Positions 50,331 to 62,400 of a stretch of 64,000 nt of DNA are shown here, in pieces. This DNA is from Octopus vulgaris (Eukaryota): assembly GCA_951406725.2 (NCBI GenBank), contig OX597818.1, forward strand, positions 49,228,001 through 49,292,000, in the 5' to 3' direction. The translations under genes were made by a program, and so were the position numbers. Under the pieces are notes generated by a model, which saw only the letters and a list, made by a program, of their open reading frames with translations, had not been told where the DNA came from and did not search any database. The stretch's first letter is position 1. Each line of letters opens with the position of its first letter.

Positions 50331-50724
50331 CCTTACAGAGACCTTACCTGTTGACCTAGGTGGGATGAGCAATCACTGTCAAGAAATAAACACATCCTTG
50401 CACACTGCCGTCTCTCGTCGAACTTCCCCATGTGCTTCCTGCCCATGCTTGCCCCATGGCTGTTCTGCTTCCGTCTACCTCATCTGCAATCCTCTCCACC
50501 AACACCACATAGCTCATCACAGCCCATAACACCACAAACACCACAGAGGGTGTTATGAGTTGATAGACTTTCTAACCAGTGAAATGTAAATTTCCCATAA
50601 GAAATAAGCATATACTCCAAATGATAATAAAAATGATTTCTTTTATTTGCCACCAGGGCAATGAATGATGGGACATTACAAGATCAAATTTACAAAAATT
50701 ATAGAAATATATACAGAACTGATT

Positions 50725-50837
50725 ATGTGTACACACACACACACTCACACACATACACACATACACACACAGACACACACACAGACACACACACACAGAC
50801 ACATACACACAGACACACACATACACATGCACACACA

Positions 50838-50915
<78 letters not shown>
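50725..50915. repeat. (AC)n compound microsatellite
   Basis: Direct reading. Confidence 0.95.
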
Positions 50916-50918
<3 letters not shown>

Positions 50919-51218
50919 AGGCATGGTAAACAATAGTATAAAAAGGAAATATTTCAAAAAATTTGGGCACAAGAGTAGGTTGGCTATAATAAGTTAAACT
51001 GATCTCATTAATTGGGACCAGCTTAATTACTTTATTTTTTTCACCAATTCATGAGATGGGAAAAGCCAAATTGACCCCTGCAAAGGCTGCAGAGTTATGT
51101 GAGAAGAGTAACAGCAGTGTTTAATATACATATTAAGAGGAGTCTGTGTATTAATAATGTTTATCTTTTAGAATTAAAGTGAGAAATGAAGTAACCACAT
51201 TTCCTTTTGTTTTCACAG

Positions 51219-51290
51219 TCACCAAATCACAAAGCCACGGTTCGAGTCAATTCATCAAAACTGAAACCTTCCCAAAAATACGATGTAAAG
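51219..51290 (+). CDS. Host-gene exon, phase 0-0 (SPNHKATVRVNSSKLKPSQKYDVK; FN3-like L-x-P-x-x-x-Y-x-V)
   Basis: ttccttttgttttcacAG acceptor and AAG|GTAATA donor; 72 nt. Confidence 0.75.
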
Positions 51291-51309
51291 GTAATATTTT
51301 ATATTGTTT

Positions 51310-51965
51310 TATTCTTCTGTTCGTTTCAGTAATTTGACTGTGGCCATGCTGGAGCACCGCCTTTAGTCGAACAAATCGACCCCAGGATTTATTCTTTGTT
51401 ATTTCTTTATTGCCTACTAGGGGCTAAACACAGAGGGGACAAACAAGGACATACAAAGGGATTAAGTCGATTACCTCAACCCCAGTGCATAACTGGTACT
51501 AAATTTATTGACCCTGAAAGGATGAAAGGCAAAGTTAACCTCGGCGGAATTTGAACTCAGAACGTAACGGCAGATGAAATACCACTAAGCATTTCACCTG
51601 GCGTACTAATGTTTCTGCCAGCTTGTCACCCAGGGCTTATTCTTTGTAAGCCTAGTACTTATTCTATTGGTCTCTTTTGCCAAACCGCTAAGTTACAGGG
51701 GACGTAAACACACCAACATCAGTTGTCAAGTGATGGTGGTGGGGACAAACACAAATACAAACACACACATACATAAACACACACATACACACATATGTAT
51801 ACGACGGGCTTCTTTCAGTTTCTTTCTACTAAATCCACTCACAAGGCTTTGGTCAGTCCAAGGCTATAGTAGAAGGCATTTGCCCAAGGTGGCACACAGT
51901 GGGACTGAACCCAGAACCATGTGGTAGGGAAGCAAGCTACTTACCACACAGCCACTCCTGTGCCT
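51310..51965 (-). mobile_element. SINE B with a SINE A nested at approx. 51400-51627
   Basis: ~19-bp imperfect TSD CCCAGG(A/G)(T/C)TTATTCTTTGT ending at 51399 and 51647. Confidence 0.85.
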
Positions 51966-51993
51966 ACTTATTTAATATTTCATATTTAATATT

Positions 51994-52228
51994 TTGCAGC
52001 ATGGAAGGTGTTTATAAGCCATTTAAGAAACACACAAAAACTGTTAGATTCACTTCAACATTTAAATTTAATTTACCAAAATCAGATGCAGCACGGAATT
52101 TTGTCAGTGAACAGGTTGCAGTCTCAAAGTGACAAAAATATTTTGGTAAATTAAATTTAAATGTTGAAGTGAATCTAACGATTTTTGTGTGTTTCTTAAA
52201 TGGCTTATAAATACCTTCCACGCTGCAA
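51994..52228. repeat. Inverted repeat, 89-bp arms, 57-nt spacer
   Basis: Arms 51994-52082 and 52140-52228. Confidence 0.9.
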
Positions 52229-52690
52229 TTGTTTTCCTTCCAGCACACGATCTCAGATCAGGTCACTTGCTATGCAAGTACATCTCCGTAATTAAATATT
52301 TTATTTAAGAGAAAACACAGGTATGTCTTGAGTTACAAAAGCACTGTATTCCCTAAAATTTATTTTCCTTTTGATATTTTTGCCATGTAACAGAAAGTTT
52401 TTATCTTACAGAATTACATGTTATGGCACAATTTACGGAATGTGGTGCTTTTGTAATACAGATGTCTGCATTTAAAAAGAAAATTTTCTCTCTGTTTTCA
52501 ACATATCACAAACATTGGGAATGTCATGGTCACAGACCCTTGTATCTAACTAAAACCAATAAAAATAACAAATACACACACAAGCCAATAACATGCTAGA
52601 AATAACAACTGACTATCTCTCAAATCATACATATAAGGTAATCCTACAAAGATTCATTGTGCTTTGAACATACACAATAGAATACCATCA

Positions 52691-52726
<36 letters not shown>

Positions 52727-52885
52727 CTCGCTTTCCGTATCATATTTGCTCTTTCTCTCTCTCTCTCTTTCCCTCTAACGTTTGCTCTCTCTCTCTTTCA
52801 CTTTCACCCTCTCTCTCTCTCTCTCTCACACACATACTTTCGTTTTCTCTCTCTCTTCCACTCTCATTCTTTCTCTCTCTATTAG

Positions 52886-53250
52886 AACAAATCGACCCCA
52901 GGATTTATTCTTTGTAAGCCTAGTACTTATTCTATCGGTCACTTTTGCTGAACCGCTAAGTTACAGGGACCTAAACACACCAGCATTGGTTGTCAAATGA
53001 TGTTGGGGGACAAACACAGACACACAAACATACACACACATACACACACACATATATATACATATATATATATACATATATATGACGGGCTTCTTTCAGT
53101 TTCCGTCGACCAAATCCACTCACAAGGCTTTGGTCGGTCCGAGGCTATAGTAGATGACACTTGCCCAAGGTGCCACACAGTGGGACTGAACCCGGAACCA
53201 TGTGGCTGGTAAGCAAGCTACTTATCACACAGCCACTCCTACGCCTATGA
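52886..53250 (-). mobile_element. SINE family B, preceded by (TC)n at approx. 52690-52880
   Basis: Homology to other copies. Confidence 0.88.
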
Positions 53251-54228
53251 GTATAGAGTTTTAAAATTTTTATGAAATAGTTTCCATGGTTAGAAAATGT
53301 GAAAAACGAATCATACTGCTGGAATATCTTTTATTGAAATTAACAACATCCACGTGAGGGATGAGCATGGTGCTGGCTAAGTATTTCAAGCAGTTCATCT
53401 GGTCTTTCGGATGCTGACCCCCATTCGACTCCTTGGCTATCATTGCTGCCCCCCCCCCCCCCACTGTAATTCTCCGCCAACCCCTTCGGGGTCCCTCGAA
53501 CCCCCTTTGGCAACCCCTGGACAAGAAAACTATTACTTTGCTTGGAAACTGGTAAAGGTTAGCAACTGGACAGGTCTCCAGCCATAGAAAATCTACCTCG
53601 ACAAGTTCCATCTGACCCATGCAAATATGTAAAAGCAGATGTTAAAAAGAACGGAAACAAACTGAACAGCAATGTATATTGCATAAACCACTTTTCCACC
53701 TATGATTAAGGACGCTTACATTTTTTTAATTCTCTCACATCTTGTCATCATCATGTCTTCCTTCCAGTTACTCTCACTTTATATAATGTAGGATATAGCA
53801 AGACATCTATACCCGTCCCTGTATTTATTTAAGCTTCTCAATACCCAACATGAAGCTACCTCCCTCTTTACTACACCCTCATTTGGTTAATGGTAATCGG
53901 CAGGATCATTTTCTTTGTTTTGTGAGATACAGGGTGACCTCACTAGTGCTGGTGTCATAAAAATAACAGCCAGTACTTTCTGCAAAGTTATAAGCATTAG
54001 GAAGAGCATCCAGCCACTGAAACTATGCCAATGCAGACATTTTTATTTGATGCAGTTCACCAGTTCATTGGATCTCATCAAACTGTCCATCCTATGTCAA
54101 CATGAAAAACATACATTAAATAATAGTGATGATGATGATGATGATGATGATATGTCATGAGATTAACTAATAAATCAATCGTACTCATTAAATTTTATTG
54201 TTTCTTTCTTTTTTTTTTATCATTATAG

Positions 54229-54289
54229 ATACTTTTGGGAAAAATCTTTACTACAGGAACTATTTATCGTTTTCCATCAGCTGTTCAAA
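54229..54289 (+). CDS. Host-gene exon, phase 0-1 (ILLGKIFTTGTIYRFPSAVQ-I)
   Basis: Long T-rich tract + TAG acceptor and AAA|GTAAGT donor; 61 nt. Confidence 0.78.
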
Positions 54290-54422
54290 GTAAGTGATAA
54301 CCTCTTATTAAATTTCATAAGATGGCGAGATGGTGTGAGGGTGGTTGCTATGGTATTGAGGTAAATCCGGCCACCCCCGTTAATGGGGACAAAACCCGGA
54401 TTTAAAACACTGGATGATGATA

Positions 54423-54459
<37 letters not shown>

Positions 54460-54809
54460 CGACGACGATGACGACGACGACGATGATGATGATGATAATT
54501 TGATGTATTTTTGAATGATTGCATTTATGCATAATCAGTGGAGCCATTAAAAACATACATACACTGTCGTATTCATTGAAGTGGAGGATGAGGGTGAAGA
54601 GGTGGTGTGCAGACTGTACCATCAACAAATTTGATGAAGATACAGGCTCAAGTACTGAAACTGCTACTTAGGGAAGGACCGATCCTAGAATTCTGCTGAA
54701 AGATTATAAGCAGAAGAGAACTGCAAGCCAGAGCACAAATGGTCCCAAAATGTCTTAGTGTTCCATCTCTTCTGTGTGCTTATTTTTTTTTTTTTTATAT
54801 TGCTACATA

Positions 54810-55339
54810 GTGGAGGCACATGGTCTAGTGCAGTGGTTTTTAGCCAGGGTTCCGTGGAACCTTAGGGTTCCGCCAGTACAGTCCAGGGGTTCCATAAGAA
54901 GTTACAAAACTGCTAAAATCGGCAGTAATTTTTAATTCTCCTGTGCAGATATGTGTGCATAAGACTATTAAATTATTGCACAGGGGTTCCCCGAGCCGGT
55001 GGAATGTTTCCTTGGGGTTCCGCTCCAGCAAAAAGTTTGAAAAGCACTGGTCTAGTGGTTAGAGCACCGAACTCGTGGTCGAGGGATCGCGAATTCAAAT
55101 CTCAGACTGAGCAATGTGTGTATTTATGAGCGAAACACCTAAGCTCCACACGGCTCCGGTAGAAGGTAATGGTGAACTTATGCTGACTCTTTCGCCACAA
55201 CTTTCCCTCACTCTTTCCTCCTGCATCTTACAGCTCACCTGCGACGGACCGGCGTCTCATCCAGGTTGGAAACCTATACACCAAGGAAACCGGGAAACCG
55301 GCCCTTATGAGCCAGGGAAGGCTCGAGAAAGAACAAACA
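54810..55339 (+). mobile_element. SINE family E with a hAT MITE in its tRNA head
   Basis: 13-bp TSD ATATTGCTACATA at 54797-54809 and 55340-55352. Confidence 0.92.
54831..55049. mobile_element. hAT (Charlie-like) MITE, 219 bp
   Basis: 8-bp TSD GTCTAGTG at 54823-54830 and 55050-55057; TIRs CAGTGGTTTT / AAAAGCACTG. Confidence 0.9.
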
Positions 55340-55429
55340 ATATTGCTACATAATTTCATGTTTTCTGTCTATTATTTTTTTATGTTGTGTTATCTTTTTG
55401 TCCCTTTTCAGATTACTTATTTATTTATT

Positions 55430-55508
55430 TTGTGTGTGTGAGTAGTGTGTGTGTGTGTGTATGTGTGTGTGTGTGTGTGTGTGAGTTTGTGTGTAAGTGT
55501 TTGTGTGC

Positions 55509-55542
<34 letters not shown>

Positions 55543-55659
55543 GTGTTTGTGTGTATGTGTTTGTGTGTGTGTGTTTGTGTGTATGTGTGTGTGTGTATGT
55601 GTTTGTGTGTTTGTGTGTGTGTGTGTGTGTGTGTTTGTGTGTTTGTGTGCGTGTGTGTG

Positions 55660-55720
<61 letters not shown>
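55430..55720. repeat. (TG)n compound microsatellite
   Basis: Direct reading. Confidence 0.95.
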
Positions 55721-55722
<2 letters not shown>

Positions 55723-56143
55723 CCAACATATTTTGTAACCTTTCTTGTTTAACATGTTTTGTATTTATGGTGAAAATGTTCATTTTTGCACTCCATGTTA
55801 AAATCGACACTGAACTAACGGCTGTAAACAAAATTACGTGCAATTTGCTACTAAAATAAGCTAGAAATAATGGCTATCAAATGTCAAAAGGAAAAATAAA
55901 GCATAACATTGACAAAAGTCATTCAAAAAAATCGTAATTGTATCTATTTGTGAAAAACGAAATTACTTTCTTGCCAACCCAATATAACAATGTTACAAAG
56001 ATCAATATAATGGTTTGTGTACATCTTGCTTCTACAGACATCTAATTGATTGTTTCAGCAGGTGATCTCAGGTAAATACCCTGACAAACAAGTACAACTC
56101 AAAAATATTTAACATTCATGTATTTTTTTTCTCTTTCTTTTAG

Positions 56144-56301
56144 TTCCCCCCAGAAATTTTTCAGTTCAATGTAACAAAGTGGATAACTATGTAAATATTA
56201 ATTTTACACATCTTAACGAAGAAACAAAACTATACACAGTGTTTATAACACAACAAAGGCATCCTTCATTAAGAATATTATGCAGTGACTCTGTAAATTT
56301 G
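56144..56301 (+). CDS. Host-gene exon, phase 1-0 (PPRNFSVQCNKVDNYVNINFTHLNEETKLYTVFITQQRHPSLRILCSDSVNL; FN3-like N-half)
   Basis: ttttttctctttcttttAG acceptor and TTG|GTAAGT donor; 158 nt open. Confidence 0.82.
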
Positions 56302-56324
56302 GTAAGTATTCTCTTTCTCTCTTT

Positions 56325-56535
56325 TTTCTCTTTTACTTGTTTCAGTCATTTGACTGCGGCCATGCTGGAGCACCACCTTTAGTCGAGCAACTCGACCCTG
56401 GGACTTATTCTTTTATAAGCCCAATACTTATTCTATCGGTCTCTTTTGCCGAACCGCTAAGTGACGGGGATGTAAACACACCAGCATCGGTTGTCAAGCA
56501 ATGCTAGGGGAACAAACACAGACACACAAACATAT

Positions 56536-56578
<43 letters not shown>

Positions 56579-56735
56579 TGACAGGCTTCTTTCAGTTTCC
56601 GTCTACCAAATCCACTCACAAGGCATTGGTTGGCCTGGGGCTATAGCAGAAGACACTTGCCCAAGATGCCACGCAGTGGTATTGAACCCGGAACCATGCG
56701 GTTGGTAAGCAAGCTACTTACCACACAGCCACTCC
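56325..56735 (-). mobile_element. SINE family B; a degraded further copy lies at approx. 56860-57300
   Basis: Homology to other copies. Confidence 0.88.
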
Positions 56736-57679
56736 TTAATTTTCTGATAAGGGTTTCTTCTCATATGTAGGGTACAGTTTATTGTTTTAGAACAAGGATG
56801 GAATTGTAGAGAAGTAATAGATTTAGATGAATTAACCCCCAACATATTACTGTTCCTTTACTTTTTACTTGTCCCAGTCATTAGACTGCGGCCATGCTGG
56901 GGCACAGATTTGAAGAACTTTATTTGACTGAATCAACCCCAGTTCTTATTTTGTTTTAAAACCTGGTACTTATTCTATCAGCCTCTTTTGCCAAACCTCT
57001 AATTATAAGGATGTAAACAAACCAACGCTGGTTATCAAATGGTGATGGGGAACAAATACAGATACAAAGACACACATGCGCATACACACACATGCACAAA
57101 CACACAGACACATACACAAGCACACAAATATATGATAAGGTTCCTTCAACTTCCGACTAAAAAAGCTGTTCACAAGGCTTCGGTCAGCCTAAGGCTACAG
57201 TAGAAGACACTTGCCCAAGGTGCCAAGCAGTAGGACTGAACCTAAAACCTAAAACCATGTTATTGGGAAGCAAACTTATTGCCACACTGCCATGCCTAAT
57301 TAAAAAAAAAAGAAAAAAAAACAGCGGAAAAAGAATAAAAGAATAAAAGAATAAAGAATTTAATTACTTTGCCAGTGAAGGATCAGCAGTGCTCATGATC
57401 TTTGCAGACAGACAAGACCCCAGTGAACTCAAAAAAGTGAACTCAGTACCAGCAGAATTTGAACTCAGAACACAGAAAGATGAAAGAAGATATTGTGAGA
57501 CATTTAATGCAGTATTTTACTGTTTCTCTTGAGTTCCTGAAAAGTGGAAAGATTCCAACAAGGGGTTGAAACTGTTTTCTTTTCTTCTCTAAATCAAACT
57601 AATGTCAGTGATGAAAGTTTTTTAACTATTCTCTACTTTATAAAATATCCTTTCTATTAAAGGCACAAGGCCTGAAATT

Positions 57680-57900
57680 GTGTTTAGCCCGTTGTGGGTA
57701 GTAAAGAAATAGGTATTTCGTCTGCCGTTACGTTCCGAATTCAAATTCCGCCAAGGTCGACTTTGCTTTTCATCCTTTCGGGGTCGATAAATTAAGAACC
57801 AGTTGCGCACTGGGGTCGATGTAATCGACTTAATCCCTTTGTCTGTCCTTGTTTGTCCCTTCTGTGTTTAGCCCCTTGTGGGTAGTAAAGAAATGGGTAT
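57680..57900 (+). mobile_element. SINE A body (about 1.2 units)
   Basis: Homology to other copies. Confidence 0.8.
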
Positions 57901-58132
57901 TTTATTTTATCAATTCTGGAAGGCTGAAAAGCAAAGATGACTTTGGTAGAAATCACTCACAGTAATATAAAGGACAACCATTTAGACATTTATGAACTAC
58001 ACACCACAATGCAGTTCTGATTTTCTACCATCAGTGCCATCTTCCTAGATATTTAAATACTGAAATTATTTTATTCATATAAAAGTATCCCTAAATGATT
58101 TTATTTTCTAACCAGTTTTTCTTATTTTTCAG

Positions 58133-58210
58133 ACTGACCAAGAAACACAAATGATCCACATGCAATTCAAATCTCAATGTTTCCAATGTGGCAAATATTA
58201 TTATGTATTT
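58133..58210 (+). CDS. Host-gene exon, phase 0-0 (TDQETQMIHMQFKSQCFQCGKYYYVF); donor position less certain
   Basis: tttttcttatttttcAG acceptor and TTT|GTAAGA donor; only frame 0 is open. Confidence 0.68.
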
Positions 58211-58290
58211 GTAAGATATTCAAACTCTTTTTTTCTTAAATTGTTTTATTTTAAAGCAGTGTTTATATTTCGGATTAAAAAGCTTAGAAT

Positions 58291-58718
58291 AAGGCGCAAG
58301 AGTGGCTGTGTGGTAAATAGCTTGCTAACCAACCACATGATTCAGGGTTCAGTCCCACTGCGTGGCATCTTCGGCAAGTGTCTTCTGCTATAGCCCCGGG
58401 CTGACCAATGCCTTGTGAGTGGATTTGGTAGATGGAAACTGAAAGAAGCCTGTCGTATATATGTATATATATATATATATATGTGTGTGTGTATGTGTGT
58501 GTGTTTGTGTGTGTGTGTGTTTGTCCCCCTAGCATTGCTTGACAACCGATGCTGGTGTGTTTACGTCCCCATCACTTAGCGGTTCAGCAAAAGAGACTGA
58601 TAGAATAAGTACTGGGCTTACAAAGAATGAGTCCCAGGGTCGATTTGCTTGACTAAAGGCAGTGCCCCAGCATGGCTGCAGTCAAATGTCTGAAACAAGT
58701 AAAAGAGTAAAAGAGAGA
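58291..58718 (+). mobile_element. SINE family B, full length
   Basis: Homology to other copies. Confidence 0.9.
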
Positions 58719-58930
58719 GTAACTAGGCATTTGAAGAGACAAATCCTTGCTGGTGATTTTGGGTTCCAGTTTGATTCAAACTTCCACATGAATAGGGCCA
58801 CAGACAAGAGGACTATAAGGAAGGTGGATCTCATCTAAAAATGGGTTGTGATGAAAAGGTGACGAGCTGGCAGAAGCATTAGCAAGCCGGGTGAAATGCT
58901 TAGCGATATTTTGTCTGTCATTATGTTCTG

Positions 58931-59275
58931 GGAGGAATTACAACCGTGTTTCATGGTCTGCTACCACAACAGCTCCTTTATAGGATCCAGTTAGCTCAAG
59001 ACATCATCAGGAGGAACCACGTCCAGTTTCGGCCCCTACTCCTCTACCGTTTTGATGTGGAACCCCACCCCCTTTTGGAGGTGTCTTCAGCTCTGGTGTT
59101 GGGTGCATGTCTTCTTTCTTCTTCTTTCTTCTGTTCCCTGGCCTCTTCGATATATCATCAGCGAGTGTCAGCCGGTGACTGTCTTGTCAAATTTTTCCCT
59201 TTAAATACCTGCCGCATAGGCTCCAGCAGGCAGCCCCAGCAAGTTGTCACGTGACACTGTCTTACCTTAACTGAT
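58931..59275. other. Unclassified GC-richer insert splitting a SINE A (head 58862-58930, tail approx. 59280-59410)
   Basis: The SINE A halves flank a non-homologous segment. Confidence 0.5.
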
Positions 59276-59644
59276 TCTACGAGGATCAACTTTACCTTTC
59301 CTCCTTTCAGGGTTTATAAAAACGAGTACCAGTTGAACACTGGGCTTGATGTAATTAACTTACCTGCTCTCTGAGATTACTGGCCTTGTGCTAAAATTTG
59401 AAACCATTATTATTACATAAGGATTATAAAATGTTATATCAATTAGGAAGTTTATAACTGAATCAGACATGTAGTACTGCAGAGTTGTGAGTTTAAAAGA
59501 CTTCAGGGTTGTAGAGGAAGAAGATAAGTATTTTTCATAATGTTTTCTTTTCTGTTCATTGACTGCCTTCAATTATTGAATCAAGTTACATTTTGATATA
59601 TTTCAACATTCTTTACTGTGGACTTTTTTACTTTCTATTAAATA

Positions 59645-60055
59645 CCCATTTCTTTACTATCGACAAGGGGCTAAACACAGAGATGACAAACAAGGACAGA
59701 CAAACGGATTAAGTCGATTACATCAACCCCCATGTTCTCAGTTGGTACTTAATTTATCAACCCCGAAAGGATGAAAAGCAAAGTCGACCTCGGTGGAATT
59801 TGAACTCAGAATGTAGCGGCAGACAAAATACCTATTTCTTTACTACCCACAAGGGGCTAAACACAGAGAAGACAAACAAGAACAGACAAACGGATTAAGT
59901 GGATTACATCGACCCCAGTGCACAACTGGTACTTAATTTATCGACCCCAAAAGGATGAAGGCAAAGTCAACCTCAGCGGAAATTGAACTCAGAACGTAAC
60001 GGCAGACGAAATACCGCTAAGTATTTCGCCCGGCGTGCTAACAATTCTGCCAGCT
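59645..60055 (-). mobile_element. SINE A with a tandemly duplicated body
   Basis: Two-plus body units, with the head at the right end. Confidence 0.85.
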
Positions 60056-60729
60056 CTATCAAATACCACTTCCAAATCATGCGTCAGTGAGAAGCTAAGG
60101 CAGATAACACTTACCCAAGGTGTTATAAAGAGCAGTCAAATACCCACGATTTTATGGTTGTTAATTCAGCTTCTTAACCACCCAACTATGTGTTGCAAAG
60201 AAGTTAAGAGGAAAATATTTGCTTGAGAAAATATCAAGTTATATCAAATGTATAGTATTGAGACTATTTGACAAGACTAGTACTAGCAATAGTTGTTGAC
60301 AGAGTTGGTGGTTACTAAGGTGAAATCAATTAACAATGATGATTTAGAAGTCTAAAGGCAAAGAAAATTAGAAGCTGTGTTACAACTTCATCAACCTATT
60401 GTACAGAGGTTTAATCTTTAGCATTTGAATTTATCGATTACTGCTAGAATTTCAATTTGATGCTTAGGCATGGATAAATCTGTCTTTAATTGCTATATTT
60501 ATCAAACAGATGCGTTAAGGTCTTGATAGTATCATTATTATTTCATTCTGCTCTGTATGTTCTATGTTCAAATGCCTCCACAGTCGACTTTGCCTTTCAT
60601 TATCCTGGGCTCAATAAACTAAGTAGCAGTGAAACATTTGGGTCATTGTAATCAACTATCCACCCCACACAAATTCCAGGGGCCTTGTGCCTATAATAAA
60701 AAGAATCATTATCATCATCATCATCATCA

Positions 60730-60761
<32 letters not shown>

Positions 60762-61097
60762 GAGTGAGAGAGCAGTGCATGCCATCAAAGTGGCACTGGG
60801 GTAAAATATACGAAGCCCAGTATACCCATCATGACTACCCGTCTGATAAGGGTACACTAGGCACATGCATCACAACCATATGTGCGCGACATGGTGATCT
60901 CATATCAAGATAAACAGCGCATGACCTTGCAGGTGGGGCCCAGTTAGAATTTTCTTCAGGTCGAGTAACCCATCCTGCTCAAAAGGTCCCTGAATAAGGG
61001 TTGTTTAAGGATGTTGAAAGAACCACCCATGTTTCCAGATGTGAAATATCCAAACCTAAAGAATTCCTCTCAACACATGGCTATGATGCTCCCCCAC

Positions 61098-61098
<1 letters not shown>
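60762..61098 (-). mobile_element. Family G element in (TAA)n, truncated
   Basis: Homologous to 11613-11950. Confidence 0.75.
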
Positions 61099-61133
<35 letters not shown>

Positions 61134-61134
61134 G

Positions 61135-61415
61135 GCCAATGCCAGCGCCGCCTTGACTGGCTTCCATGCCGTTGGCACGTAAAAAGCACCAACCGATTGT
61201 GGCTGTTGCCAGCCCCCTTTGGCCCCTGTGCTGGTGGCACGTAAAAAGCACCCACTACACTCACAGATTGGTTAGCATTAGGAAGGGCATCCAGCTGTAG
61301 AAACACTGCCAGATCAGACTGGAGCCCGGAGCAGGCTTCTGGCTTCCCAGACCCTAGTCGAATTGTCCAACCCATGCTAGCATGGAAAACGGATGTTAAA
61401 TGATGATGATGATGA
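61135..61415 (+). mobile_element. RTE 3'-end repeat; another copy at approx. 62403-62582
   Basis: Same family as 5000-5515. Confidence 0.8.
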
Positions 61416-61479
61416 TTCTTCGTAATACAGTGTAGATAAAAATGCACTGGAGTCTTTAGTCGAATCACAACAAGGACTT

Positions 61480-62400
61480 CAGACAGATAATACTTTCCTT
61501 AAGATGTGTGCTGTACCCAATAAGGCTGCTTTTTGCATGGGATTTCCAGTGAAGAAGTCTTGAAGTTTCCATGGGATTGAGCCCAATGCTCCAGTCACCA
61601 CTGGTGTCACTCTTACATTACTCTCTCATATTCTACACAGTCTTGTCACTTCTACTTTCAATTCGAAGTTACTGGTGAATTTTTTCAACCTCTTTATTCA
61701 CAACATTCACGACATTTTGTATAGCTACGTCAATGATCTGACAGTATTTGTCTCTTTTATTCAATATGACAATATCCGGCCAACACTGTGCAATTACACG
61801 ATCTGTCTGAAAATCATAGTCCCAGAGTATTGTTACTTTTCCATCCTCTTGCATAACTTTACTTGGTACAAGCTCATACCAGTTCTCTGTTACTTCATTT
61901 TGGTATTTACAGCATAAGAGCCAATGAAGATACACACACTTTATTGTGACAGCACTTGTATTCTTTTTGTGCAAGGCTCTCACATCCACTTACCAAATGG
62001 GACACATTTTCCACACTCTTTCCACAGAGTCTGCATTTCTGGGTGTCAGAAGTTTTATAGATGTTATACTTCACTGACTTGGTAGGAAGAGCCTGGTCTT
62101 GTGCAGCAATGATCAGGCTTTCAGTGGTACACTTCAAATTACCTCACTCAAACCATGCTCAAGATGCTGTATTATCCTTAACGTCTTGTGTATTCCTTTT
62201 AAACTGTCCATACATTCTTATTTCAAGAAGATCTTTTCTCTTCTCTTCGGCTCTTTGGTTAAACTATTCCTTGCCCATCATTTCATCTGCATTTATACCC
62301 ATATCTTTTGCAGCATTTTGCAGCAGGCCTTCATCACTATTTATCAAATACTCAGCAAGCATTCTCCTTTCACTTCTTATGCAATGGTCTATACTAATTA
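61480..62400 (-). mobile_element. R4/Dong-like RLE LINE C-terminal fragment (zinc knuckle plus restriction-like endonuclease)
   Basis: ESLIIAAQDQAL, CRLCGKSVENVSHLVSGC, ILWDYDFQTD...PDIVILNK...IIDVA, PVVTGALG, LLGTAHILRKVLS*. Confidence 0.9.
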
